Part shown: piece after piece, positions 9,024 through 17,666 of the stretch
Layout of the letters: every line of letters starts with the position of its first letter
Numbering within the stretch: position 1 is the stretch's first letter
Assembly: GCA_050010195.1 (NCBI GenBank)
Contig: JBEKLM010000016.1
Coordinates: 16,042 to 80,041 of the forward strand
DNA: 64,000 nt
Reading direction: 5' to 3'
From: Verrucomicrobiia bacterium
Lineage (GTDB): Bacteria > Verrucomicrobiota > Verrucomicrobiia > Palsa-1439
The notes under the pieces: model-generated
What the model was told of the DNA's origin: nothing
Databases searched by the model: none
What the model saw: the letters and a program-made list of their open reading frames with translations, nothing else
Translations under genes and position numbers: made by a program

Positions 9024-10280
9024 ATGAACGCACCGATCATTGAAAAGGGATCTCCACAATCCAGTCAGGATCCGACCGGGACGTCCGCACCATCACACGC
9101 TCACGGTACTCCCTCCCTGAAAGGCCGGGCGGAACAACGGCCGCCGTCCGGGTCCATGATGAAACGAATGTTGATCATGCTGGCGATTGTTGTTCTCTTT
9201 CTTGCGGGGATTGGAGCTTGGAAGGTAATGCAAATCCGGGCGGGGATGGCGCAATTCGCCAAGTTCGCCCCACCGCCGACGGCGGTGACGACGACGGTGG
9301 CGGCACGAGAGCGATGGCAACCGGCGTTGAGCGCTGTGGGGTCATTGCGGGCCGTCAACGGCGTCACGGTCAGCACGGATTTGGCCGGCATCATCTCGCA
9401 GATTTCTTTTCAGTCCGGCACGACAGTCAAGAAGGGGGACCTTCTGGTGAAGCTGGACAGCCAGCAGGAAGAGGCGCAACTGCGTTCGGCGGAAGCCCGC
9501 CGTGATTTGGCGAAGATCAGTCTCGAACGCCAACGCAGTCTCGTATCCGATGGGGCCGTGTCACGATCGGACTATGACGCCGCCGAGAGTGAATTCCGTC
9601 AGGCGACCGCCACGGTGGACGACGCGCGGGCATTGATCGCTCGGAAAACGATCACCGCGCCGTTTGACGGGCTGGTGGGAATCCGTCAGGTGGATCTCGG
9701 CCAGTATTTGAACGTCGGCGCGCCGATTGTGACACTCCAATCGGTTGACCCGATTTACGTCGAGTTTGCGATCCCGCAGCAGGACTTCGAGCAGATTGCG
9801 GTGGGGAAACAGATCCGGATCAAAGCGGCGGGAATCACGGGCAAAGGGTTCGAAGGCGAAATCACGGCGATCGAGTCGCGCCTCGACGAATCCACGCGCA
9901 ATATCACAATTCAGGGCACCATCAAGAATCCGGAAAACAAACTGCACCCCGGCATGTTTGTCAACGTGGACGTGCTTCTGCCGGAAAAGGACGCCATTTT
10001 TATTCCCACGTCATCCATCAGCTATGCGCCCTACGGCGACTCGGTGTTCATCGTCAAAAGTAAACAGGGTCCCGGCGGTTCGGCGGACAAGGAAGTGCAA
10101 CAACAATTTGTGAAGCTTGGTGCCAGCCGTGGCGACCAGGTGACGGTGATCTCAGGCGTCAAGGAAGGTGACGAGGTCGTCAGTTCGGGCGTGTTCAAGC
10201 TGCGCGGTGGCGCGGCGGTGCAGGTCAACAACAGTGTCCAACCGGGCAACGAAGCCAACCCGAATCCGCCGAACAATTAA
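9024..10280 (+). CDS. RND efflux periplasmic adaptor (membrane fusion protein)
   Basis: TM/signal segment, coiled-coil hairpin (QQEEAQLRSAEARRDLAKISLERQRSL) and barrel-sandwich motifs ('ITAPFDGLVG'). An RBS 'aggaag' precedes 9024. An alternative start exists at 9156. Confidence 0.85.
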   Translation: MNAPIIEKGSPQSSQDPTGTSAPSHAHGTPSLKGRAEQRPPSGSMMKRMLIMLAIVVLFLAGIGAWKVMQIRAGMAQFAKFAPPPTAVTTTVAARERWQPALSAVGSLRAVNGVTVSTDLAGIISQISFQSGTTVKKGDLLVKLDSQQEEAQLRSAEARRDLAKISLERQRSLVSDGAVSRSDYDAAESEFRQATATVDDARALIARKTITAPFDGLVGIRQVDLGQYLNVGAPIVTLQSVDPIYVEFAIPQQDFEQIAVGKQIRIKAAGITGKGFEGEITAIESRLDESTRNITIQGTIKNPENKLHPGMFVNVDVLLPEKDAIFIPTSSISYAPYGDSVFIVKSKQGPGGSADKEVQQQFVKLGASRGDQVTVISGVKEGDEVVSSGVFKLRGGAAVQVNNSVQPGNEANPNPPNN

Positions 10281-10304
10281 GGCGATCCACGGCGAAGGAA
10301 AGGC

Positions 10305-13300
10305 ATGAAATTCACCGATTTTTTCATCCGCCGGCCGGTCGTGGCGACCGTTGTCAACCTGATCATCTTGCTGGCGGGTCTGCAGGCGATTCGCAGCCTC
10401 AACATACGGCAGTACCCGCGTAGCGATATCGCCATCGTCACCATCAAGACGATCTACGTGGGAGCCAACGCCGATCTCGTACGCGGATTCATTACCACAC
10501 CGCTGGAGCGCGTCATTGCCAGCGCGGACGGCATCGACTACATCGAATCCGAAAGTGCTCAGGGACTGAGCACCATCACGGTGCATTTGAAGATCAATTA
10601 TGATAACAACGCGGCGCTCACGCAGGTTCAGTCGAAAGTCGCCCAGGTGCGCAACGATCTGCCGCCGGAAGCCGAGGCGCCCGTCATTGAATTAGAGACC
10701 AGTGACAACCAGTTCGCCGCCGCGTATCTGAGCTTTTATTCCAAAGACCTCGATCAGAATCAAATCACGGATTATCTGACACGGGTTGTGCAGCCGAAGT
10801 TGACCGCCGTCAGCGGCGTCCAGCGAGCGGACATTCTCGGCGCGCGCACGTTTGCGATGCGCGTCTGGCTGAAGGCGGATCGATTGGCGGCGCTGAGCAT
10901 ATCCCCGTCCGAAGTGCGCGCGGCGCTGGCGGTCAATAATTACCTGTCCGCGGTTGGGGCGACGAAGGGGTCGATGATTTCCGTGAACCTGACCGCCAAC
11001 ACGGATCTGCGCACCGCGGAGGAGTTTCGCAATCTCGTCGTTCGCGAGAAAGACGGCACCATTGTTCGATTGAAGGACGTGGCCGACGTCGAGCTTGGCG
11101 CGGAGACGTACGATGAGGACGTGCGGTTTTCCGGCGAGAAGGCCACGTTCATGGGCATCTGGGTGTTGCCGACCGCCAACTCCCTGGATGTGATCAAGGC
11201 GGTGCGGGCCGAGCTCCCCGAGATCAAACGGCAGTTGCCCGCGGGAATGAATGTCGGTGTTCCGTACGACTCGACCGAGTATATCAACGACGCGTTGCAC
11301 GAGGTGACCCACACCCTGATCGAGACGCTGATCATTGTGGTCATCGTCATCTTCTTGTTCCTTGGTTCGTTCCGCTCCGTGGTGATTCCGGTCGTAGCCA
11401 TTCCGATCTCGCTCATCGGCGCGGCGTTTTTGATGCTGGTATTTGGATTTACCCTGAACCTTCTGACGCTGCTGGCCATCGTGCTGTCGGTGGGGTTGGT
11501 CGTGGACGATGCGATTGTGGTTGTCGAAAACGTCGAACGTCATTTGCACGAGGGGCTGACGCCGTACGATGCCGCCATCAAAGGGGCGAGGGAATTGTTC
11601 AGCCCGATCATCGCGATGACGATCACGCTGGCGGCGGTGTATGCGCCGATTGGATTCCAAGGCGGCTTGACCGGAGCGTTGTTCCGCGAGTTCGCGCTCA
11701 CGCTCGCGGGCGCGGTGATCGTATCGGGGGTCGTCGCCATCACCTTGTCGCCGATGATGTCGTCGAAACTGTTGCGGGAGGGAACATCACACCATGGTTT
11801 TGCCGGAATGATCAACCGGCATTTTGACATTCTGCGGAAAAAATACGTCCAAATTCTCACGAACACGCTCCAATGGCGGCCGGTCACAATCACGCTGGCG
11901 GTCGTTGTGATCCTCCTGATGGTGCCGTTCCTGTTGTTGTCCCAGCACGAGTTGGCGCCGAAGGAAGACCAGGGCGTGGTCTTTGGTATTGTTCAGGCTG
12001 CGCCGAATGCCACCATCGACCAGACCACGCGGTTTACCGAGAAAGTGAACGACGTGTTCGAGTCGATGCCGGAAACGGAGCACACGTTCCAGATTACGGA
12101 TCCCTCGGGAGGGTTTTCCGGCATGGTGACAAAGCCGTGGAGCCAGCGGAAACGGTCCACGGAACAAATCCTCGCCGACGTGTCGGGGAAACTCAGTAGC
12201 ATTCCGGGAGTCCGGATCATTCCCACCACACCGGCACCACTCCCCGGCAGCGGGAATTTCCCGGTGGAATTCGTCATTGCGTCCACCGCGGAGCCGCAAG
12301 AGCTTCTCGAATTCGCCAATCAACTGGTGGCGAAGGCGTTCGAGAGCAAGATCTTCATGTTTGCGGACACGGACCTGAAATTCGACCAACCGCAGACGGA
12401 GGTTGTGTTTGACCGCGACAAGGTGGCCTCACTCGGGCTGAACCTGCAACAGGTGGGCCTCGATCTGGGCACGATGTTGGGCGGCGATTACGTGAATCGC
12501 TTCAGTATCGAGGGCCGGAGCTACAAGGTTATTCCCCAAGTCACGCGCGTGCAGCGGTTAAATGCCGATCAGTTGAAGAATTTTTATGTGAGCGGTCCGA
12601 ATGGGAAGCTCGTGCAGCTTTCCACGTTTGCGACGTTGAAGAACACGACGGAACCACGGGCGATTTATCGGTTTCAGCAGTTGAACTCCGTCAAGGTTCA
12701 GGGGGCGCTCGCTCCTGGCGTGACGCTCGACCAAGGGTTGAAAGTGCTCGAACAGGAGGCCGCGAGGATCCTCCCCCGAGGGTATACGATCGATTACGCC
12801 GGGGAAGCGCGTCAATTGCGGGTGGAAGGCAACAATTTGAACTCGACGCTGATCCTATCCTTTATCCTCATCTTTCTGGTACTGGCGGCGCAATTCGAGA
12901 GTTTCCGCGATCCATTTATCATACTGCTGGGTTCGGTGCCGCTGGCACTCTCGGGATCGTTGCTGTTTGCTTTTCTCGGATTCACGACGCTCAATATCTA
13001 CAGCCAGATCGGGTTAATCACATTGGTGGGGCTGGTCTCCAAGAACGGAATCCTGATTGTCGAATTTGCCAACACGTTGCAGGAAGCAGGTGTTGCCAAG
13101 CTTCACGCAGTCATTGAGGCTGCGGGAACACGGTTGCGCCCCATCCTGATGACGTCCGTGGCGACCATCGCCGGCCATTTCCCGCTGGTGTTGGCCCGCG
13201 GGCCGGGCGCCGGGTCCCGTAACAGCATCGGTACCGTCTTGGTCACGGGCATGGGCGTTGGGACATTATTCACGTTGTTTGTCGTTCCGGCCATCTACAT

Positions 13301-13430
13301 GCTCGTGGCGCGCAATCGCGCGGCGAGCGCGACAAAAGCTGAAACGGAAGAGGTGATCGCGGAATCGGAACTGGAACACGTTGCCGGCGTGGCGTCACTC
13401 CGGGGGGATGTGCTCGGGAAGCAACGGTAA
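10305..13430 (+). CDS. RND efflux permease (AcrB/MdtB-like)
   Basis: 1041 aa with the N-terminus 'MKFTDFFIRRPVVATVVNLIILLAG' and 12-TM, two-large-loop architecture. Confidence 0.9.
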   Translation: MKFTDFFIRRPVVATVVNLIILLAGLQAIRSLNIRQYPRSDIAIVTIKTIYVGANADLVRGFITTPLERVIASADGIDYIESESAQGLSTITVHLKINYDNNAALTQVQSKVAQVRNDLPPEAEAPVIELETSDNQFAAAYLSFYSKDLDQNQITDYLTRVVQPKLTAVSGVQRADILGARTFAMRVWLKADRLAALSISPSEVRAALAVNNYLSAVGATKGSMISVNLTANTDLRTAEEFRNLVVREKDGTIVRLKDVADVELGAETYDEDVRFSGEKATFMGIWVLPTANSLDVIKAVRAELPEIKRQLPAGMNVGVPYDSTEYINDALHEVTHTLIETLIIVVIVIFLFLGSFRSVVIPVVAIPISLIGAAFLMLVFGFTLNLLTLLAIVLSVGLVVDDAIVVVENVERHLHEGLTPYDAAIKGARELFSPIIAMTITLAAVYAPIGFQGGLTGALFREFALTLAGAVIVSGVVAITLSPMMSSKLLREGTSHHGFAGMINRHFDILRKKYVQILTNTLQWRPVTITLAVVVILLMVPFLLLSQHELAPKEDQGVVFGIVQAAPNATIDQTTRFTEKVNDVFESMPETEHTFQITDPSGGFSGMVTKPWSQRKRSTEQILADVSGKLSSIPGVRIIPTTPAPLPGSGNFPVEFVIASTAEPQELLEFANQLVAKAFESKIFMFADTDLKFDQPQTEVVFDRDKVASLGLNLQQVGLDLGTMLGGDYVNRFSIEGRSYKVIPQVTRVQRLNADQLKNFYVSGPNGKLVQLSTFATLKNTTEPRAIYRFQQLNSVKVQGALAPGVTLDQGLKVLEQEAARILPRGYTIDYAGEARQLRVEGNNLNSTLILSFILIFLVLAAQFESFRDPFIILLGSVPLALSGSLLFAFLGFTTLNIYSQIGLITLVGLVSKNGILIVEFANTLQEAGVAKLHAVIEAAGTRLRPILMTSVATIAGHFPLVLARGPGAGSRNSIGTVLVTGMGVGTLFTLFVVPAIYMLVARNRAASATKAETEEVIAESELEHVAGVASLRGDVLGKQR

Positions 13431-13511
13431 ACGTGAGTGACGCAGTTCATCGTCATTGCCTTCGAAATCGACCGTGAAATCAACCATTGAAACCAAGGAA
13501 GCCATTCAACC

Positions 13512-14162
13512 ATGAATACCATCCATCGCGAACAACTCGTCAATCAACTCCGCTGGCGGTATGCCACCAAACAATTCGACCCGAAGCGCAAGATTGGCGC
13601 CGAAGACTGGGCGGTGCTGGAAGAGGCGCTGGTGCTCACGCCTTCGTCCTTCGGGCTGCAACCTTGGAAATTCATTGTCATCACCGATCCAGCGGTGAAG
13701 GAAAAGCTGGCGCCCGTTTCGTGGGGGCAGCGTCAGCCGGCGGATTGCTCCCATTTTGTCGTCTTCGCGGTCCGGACGGACCTTGGTGAAGCGGAGATCG
13801 ACGCGTTTCTCAAGCGTATCGCGGAAGTGCGGAAGGTGCCTGTCGAATCGCTCGGGCAATACCGCGACATGATGGTCGGCAGCCTCGTCAAGGGGATGGA
13901 CAACGCTGCGCGAAACGGCTGGGCCGAGCGGCAGGTGTATATCGCCGTCGGCAACTTCCTGACCAGCGCGGCGTTGTTGGGCATCGACGCGTGCCCGATG
14001 GAAGGCATCGAGCCCAAGAAGTACAACGAAATCCTCGGTTTGGACAAATTGGGATTGAGCGCGATTGTCGCGGCGGCCGCGGGTTATCGGGCTGCGGGCG
14101 ACAAATCCGCCACGCTCCCAAAGGTCCGGTTCCCGAAGGAACAGGTTATCGTACACATCTGA
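13512..14162 (+). CDS. Nitroreductase-family NAD(P)H oxidoreductase
   Basis: 216 aa. 'RWRYATKQFDP', 'PSSFGLQPWKF' and 'IDACPMEG' match the NfsB-like nitroreductase fold. Confidence 0.8.
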   Translation: MNTIHREQLVNQLRWRYATKQFDPKRKIGAEDWAVLEEALVLTPSSFGLQPWKFIVITDPAVKEKLAPVSWGQRQPADCSHFVVFAVRTDLGEAEIDAFLKRIAEVRKVPVESLGQYRDMMVGSLVKGMDNAARNGWAERQVYIAVGNFLTSAALLGIDACPMEGIEPKKYNEILGLDKLGLSAIVAAAAGYRAAGDKSATLPKVRFPKEQVIVHI

Positions 14163-14378
14163 CGCGAGCGGGGGGTTCTCGCCGGTGACCGTCAAGCGGG
14201 CTTGAGAACGAACGGGTGTCGCCACAAGCGTTGACGACCAAGCTACATCGCCCGAACAATCACTTGCTATTCCTGCGATTGGGCTTACGGTGGCGTAGAG
14301 AGTTGAAGTTGCAGAGGATGTGGCTTTGCTTTCTATTGTTCCAAATCGACCGATTGTCAACGTAGGGGAGATGAATCT

Positions 14379-14606
14379 ATGAACAAGCAAGCCGCAGAGA
14401 TGGCAGGGCGCATCCAACGCGCCGTCAAATCAGGAAAGCTGACGGTCGACGGAAGCTACACAATTCCCGCACTGGTGGCCGCCATCGGCACGACGCGGGG
14501 ACAGTTGCGTCAGGCCGTCAATCGGGAGTTCGGATCGGTCGCCAGCTTCTGCACGCGCCTTGGATTCGATCTGATGATTACCGAGGCTGTCGCGGCCGGC
14601 CAATAA
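14379..14606 (+). CDS. Hypothetical small protein
   Basis: 75-aa ORF with 'ggggag' 9 nt upstream of the ATG. No recognisable family. Confidence 0.4.
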   Translation: MNKQAAEMAGRIQRAVKSGKLTVDGSYTIPALVAAIGTTRGQLRQAVNREFGSVASFCTRLGFDLMITEAVAAGQ

Positions 14607-14612
14607 TTGACT

Positions 14613-14975
14613 CTATTGGCGGAAAAACGACAAGGCGTCCGCTGACGACCACATATGGGACCGCCCGCGCCGACGGCTCGCCGTGTTCCGTGACCCGCGC
14701 AAGGGGCGCACGAGTTGATCGCCGCGATCTTCCGCGGCCTGGCGGAAGGGTTTCACAGGTCCGGGTTGCGCCCGTTCCGTAAACAGCACACACTTCCCAT
14801 CACATCCAAAGATCCATCCCTCGTACAACCACCCGAGAAACTTACCGGCGTATGTGTAGACCCCATTGTCACTCAGCCAGGCCACCGGCGTCCCGTCGCG
14901 CATGTAGATGGACACCTTGTCTTCATCCAGGTAGGCGACTGCGTGACCGTGTTTGTCCCAAAGATCGGTGATCAT
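14613..14975 (-). CDS. Hypothetical protein, 4-fold beta-flower-like repeats
   Basis: 120 aa with repeated hairpin units (HAVAYLDEDKVSIY / TPVAWLSDNGVYTY / KFLGWLYEGWIF / KCVLF), followed by a basic P/R-rich tail ending 'WSS..LSFF'. The family assignment is from memory of the motif only. Confidence 0.5.
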   Translation of the reverse strand: MITDLWDKHGHAVAYLDEDKVSIYMRDGTPVAWLSDNGVYTYAGKFLGWLYEGWIFGCDGKCVLFTERAQPGPVKPFRQAAEDRGDQLVRPLRGSRNTASRRRGRSHMWSSADALSFFRQ

Positions 14976-15007
14976 AAACGAGGCTCAATCCCGGCGAGGC
15001 TCGCAGT

Positions 15008-15400
15008 TTAGTAGGCGAGCTTCAACTCGTAGCGCAGGATGTTGTGGCAATGGACGGCGTCGATGGTGGTCTTGTTTTGCCAGCCCTGGCAGGACAATTC
15101 GCCGCTGACGGTGGTGCGTTTTTTGGCAACCGCGCTGGCGAGTTCCTTGGTCAGATCAAAATCGCCCCGGATGCATTCCTCGTTGGGACATCGGAAGCGG
15201 AACACGGACTTGGCGTGCTCGAGGTTGACGGCGTACTTGAGCTGACCGTTCTGGGCGACGCCTTTGGGATTGTAATACCCCAGGTTCACGTTCAGAGACT
15301 TCAACTTCTGGAATTTATCAGCAAGACTGGGCGAGGCTTTCACCCGCTCGCCTTCCTGATCACGATATTCCGCTCGGAGACCGATTTTTTGTCGATACAT
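15008..15400 (-). CDS. Hypothetical Cys/His-containing protein
   Basis: The ATG at 15400 has 'ggaagg' about 8 nt upstream, whereas the track start at 15451 is a TTG. 130 aa with C-x4-C ... C ... C-x-H spacing (CPNEEC, SCQGW, HCH). Same strand as the beta-flower-like gene and immediately upstream of it. Confidence 0.45.
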   Translation of the reverse strand: MYRQKIGLRAEYRDQEGERVKASPSLADKFQKLKSLNVNLGYYNPKGVAQNGQLKYAVNLEHAKSVFRFRCPNEECIRGDFDLTKELASAVAKKRTTVSGELSCQGWQNKTTIDAVHCHNILRYELKLAY

Positions 15401-15517
15401 AATGGCAACCTTCCAGGCTGAGTTTAGTGGCAACGGAACTTCGACAGACAAATGGAGAGTCGAGGAACGAACACGGCAACGCGGCCGTGGCCCACTTGGT
15501 GCCTCAAGCTACGCCCA

Positions 15518-15572
15518 ATCGGCAGAATAGCAACTGATTCCTGCCGATCACAGCATGGGGTGTTCACCCCAT
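15518..15572. promoter_or_regulatory. Two adjacent inverted repeats in a divergent intergenic region
   Basis: ATCGGCAG-N15-CTGCCGAT (15518-15548) and the 18-nt palindrome ATGGGGTG-TT-CACCCCAT (15555-15572). They lie between divergently oriented genes starting at 15400 (-) and 15681 (+). Confidence 0.4.
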
Positions 15573-15680
15573 AGCAGTCATTGCCGAACAAGGCGTACAT
15601 TAACCCGGAATCCCAGATAGGGTTTTGACTCGGGCATGGCTGGCCGGATACGGCAAAGCCGAAGTCTCGAGGAGTTACAC

Positions 15681-16001
15681 ATGGCGCTTACAAACATAGG
15701 CAGTTTTACCAGCAAGCGAGATCTGGCAGTTTTGGGGGTGTTCGCCGGCTCGTTCGCGGCGTTACTTCTGTTCCGCATAAATGTGTGGGGCATTCTGGTC
15801 GTTGCCATGTTGTTTATTGGCTATCTTTCCTGGGCGGCCACCCGGTTTTTCGTGAGGCAGCAGAGCTTTAACAGTAGAAGTATTACGGCGTGGGCCTTGC
15901 CGGTGGGCATGGCTGTTTTCAAGGTCCTGTTCTGCCTGGGCCTGATCTGGTTGGTCATGTGGTGCGTTCGCCGGATGTTTGGATTTCAACTATCAGCGTA
16001 G
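15681..16001 (+). CDS. Hypothetical small membrane protein (3 TM)
   Basis: The ATG at 15681 has 'ggag' 6 nt upstream. 106 aa with three hydrophobic helices. Confidence 0.45.
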   Translation: MALTNIGSFTSKRDLAVLGVFAGSFAALLLFRINVWGILVVAMLFIGYLSWAATRFFVRQQSFNSRSITAWALPVGMAVFKVLFCLGLIWLVMWCVRRMFGFQLSA

Positions 16002-16086
16002 GCGGGACGCCGGACAACCTCCATAGAGGAACGGTCGACACGAGGCAGGCCATCGTTGGCGCGGACGGGGAGATCTTACGACGAAA

Positions 16087-16407
16087 ATGACAAACACTCT
16101 CTCACCCAAGGAACTTCGCATTCTTCAGGCGGTGGCGAAGCATCCTCGCAGGACTCTGAGGATTCAGGGGTCTGATTCGCTTCCCTCGGCGATGCATGAG
16201 ACGGCGTTGGTCAAACAAACCGGGATACCGCTCGATGAACTTATGACGCTTCGGCGTGACGAATATGACCGAATCCGGCGAAGCGGGCTTGTCCAAACGT
16301 TATGCGCGAAGCTGCTCGTTGGGTTGACGGATGGGGACCGAAAGGACCGCTTTGGGTATGTATGGATCACGCCGGCGGGGTTGCAGGCATCCCACCCGGG
16401 GCCGTAA
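16087..16407 (+). CDS. Hypothetical protein (possible winged-helix)
   Basis: 106-aa ORF. 'SPKELRILQAVAKHP' resembles the start of a wHTH domain. No firm family. Confidence 0.4.
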   Translation: MTNTLSPKELRILQAVAKHPRRTLRIQGSDSLPSAMHETALVKQTGIPLDELMTLRRDEYDRIRRSGLVQTLCAKLLVGLTDGDRKDRFGYVWITPAGLQASHPGP

Positions 16408-16456
16408 TCCCAAAAAGGACATCCAGCCACAGGCTAAGACGGCGGTGCAAGGACCT

Positions 16457-16771
16457 ATGCAAATCAAGAACATATGCCGACTGGAATTTGAACGGTTCCT
16501 GCGGTTTCATGCCATTTTGGAGCTGGCCATCGGCAAGGAGGTCGAATGGTTCAGTGAAGCCGCGGAGAATACGATAGGCACGATCGCCTTCTGTCAGGGC
16601 GAACGGGGCTGGAACTACGTCGTTCTGAAGCGGGATTGGACGGGTGACTTCCAAGTCTGCGACTTGGGAGCGAACCTGTACAGCCTGGGGGCGGCCCGGG
16701 TTGATTTTCAACGGGCGATGACGGAGGCGGAAAACACCGAACATTCCGCCTTTCCACGCACTTCGGAATGA
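16457..16771 (+). CDS. Hypothetical protein, paralogue A of a tandem pair
   Basis: Internal ATG at 16457 (the longer track ORF overlaps the upstream gene). 104 aa, aligning at about 45% identity with the product of 16953-17288 (shared VEWF..N.IGTIA...GW.Y.VLK.D..G...VC.LG...SL.AAR). Confidence 0.55.
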   Translation: MQIKNICRLEFERFLRFHAILELAIGKEVEWFSEAAENTIGTIAFCQGERGWNYVVLKRDWTGDFQVCDLGANLYSLGAARVDFQRAMTEAENTEHSAFPRTSE

Positions 16772-16952
16772 GGGGAGTGTCGATTGAACGATCACCCCAT
16801 ATACTTTGCGAAACAACTCGCTATTCGCGGAATGAGGCTTACGTTGAAGTTGGGTCTCAGCGAGCTGTCACACTCCGACCACTTTCTACAGCGACACGAC
16901 GCAGCCAGACGGCACAACCCAACCTCAACTGTCGCTGTCGAGAAAAGCGTTT

Positions 16953-17288
16953 ATGCCATTTGAGAGCATCAGCCGGGAAAAGTTCGATGCGTTTCAACCG
17001 CCCCATCTGGTTTTGGAAAGGCTGGCGGTGGAACAGGTCGAATGGTTCACCAACACGGTGGGAAATATCATCGGCACGATCGCCGGGAAAGAGGACGACG
17101 GATGGAGCTACGCCGTCTTGAAGGGGGACCGAAACGGCAATTATCGAGTCTGCACCCTGGGAGGGGACACCTTCAGTTTGAGGGCCGCGCGCTCCCGGTT
17201 CCTGCTGGATATGGAAGCGGCGGAGAAGGCCGAGGAGGAACTGGCGCGCCTGGAAAGAAGAAAGACGACGATGAGTCGACGACCATGA
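16953..17288 (+). CDS. Hypothetical protein, paralogue B of a tandem pair
   Basis: 111 aa, paralogous to 16457-16771. The nucleotide level still shares runs such as AGGTCGAATGGTTCA and GGCACGATCGCC. Confidence 0.55.
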   Translation: MPFESISREKFDAFQPPHLVLERLAVEQVEWFTNTVGNIIGTIAGKEDDGWSYAVLKGDRNGNYRVCTLGGDTFSLRAARSRFLLDMEAAEKAEEELARLERRKTTMSRRP

Positions 17289-17512
17289 AGCCAAAAACCG
17301 AACGGGTGAAACCGCTCAGCGAACGAGAAGTTCAAGCGTTCCTCAATGACGATCGGGAGTTGTCGGAGCAGGGCAGCATCCAGTGGCAGAGAAACGGCAT
17401 CTGGCGGTGGGTCAGTTCCGACGGGTTGGCATTCGCCGCATCGGACGGCCGGACCGTCGACATCGGCCGGACCGCCAATGGGGAAATCAAGACGGTTTTG
17501 CTCCCCCATTGA
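17285..17512 (+). CDS. Hypothetical small protein, translationally coupled to paralogue B
   Basis: The ATG at 17285 overlaps the upstream TGA (ATGA). 75 aa (MKPKTERVKPLSEREVQAF...). Confidence 0.45.
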   Translation: MKPKTERVKPLSEREVQAFLNDDRELSEQGSIQWQRNGIWRWVSSDGLAFAASDGRTVDIGRTANGEIKTVLLPH

Positions 17513-17666
17513 ACGTGCGGGGCCGACAGGTGTCCAAGACAGCAGGGCAGGGCCTGGCGGCACGTTGAATCGAATCCCGCCCAGCCGCATCTAATACAGG
17601 TGACGAGTCGCAGATGCCGTGTTTTCAGGTGACAGGGGCCCGGATCAGACTCTGAAAGAACATTTT

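Noticed and set aside
16331-16456. Upstream part of the 146-aa track ORF that overlaps the end of the 16087-16407 gene.
   Set aside because: The overlap is 77 nt in a different frame, and the paralogue alignment begins only after the internal ATG at 16457.
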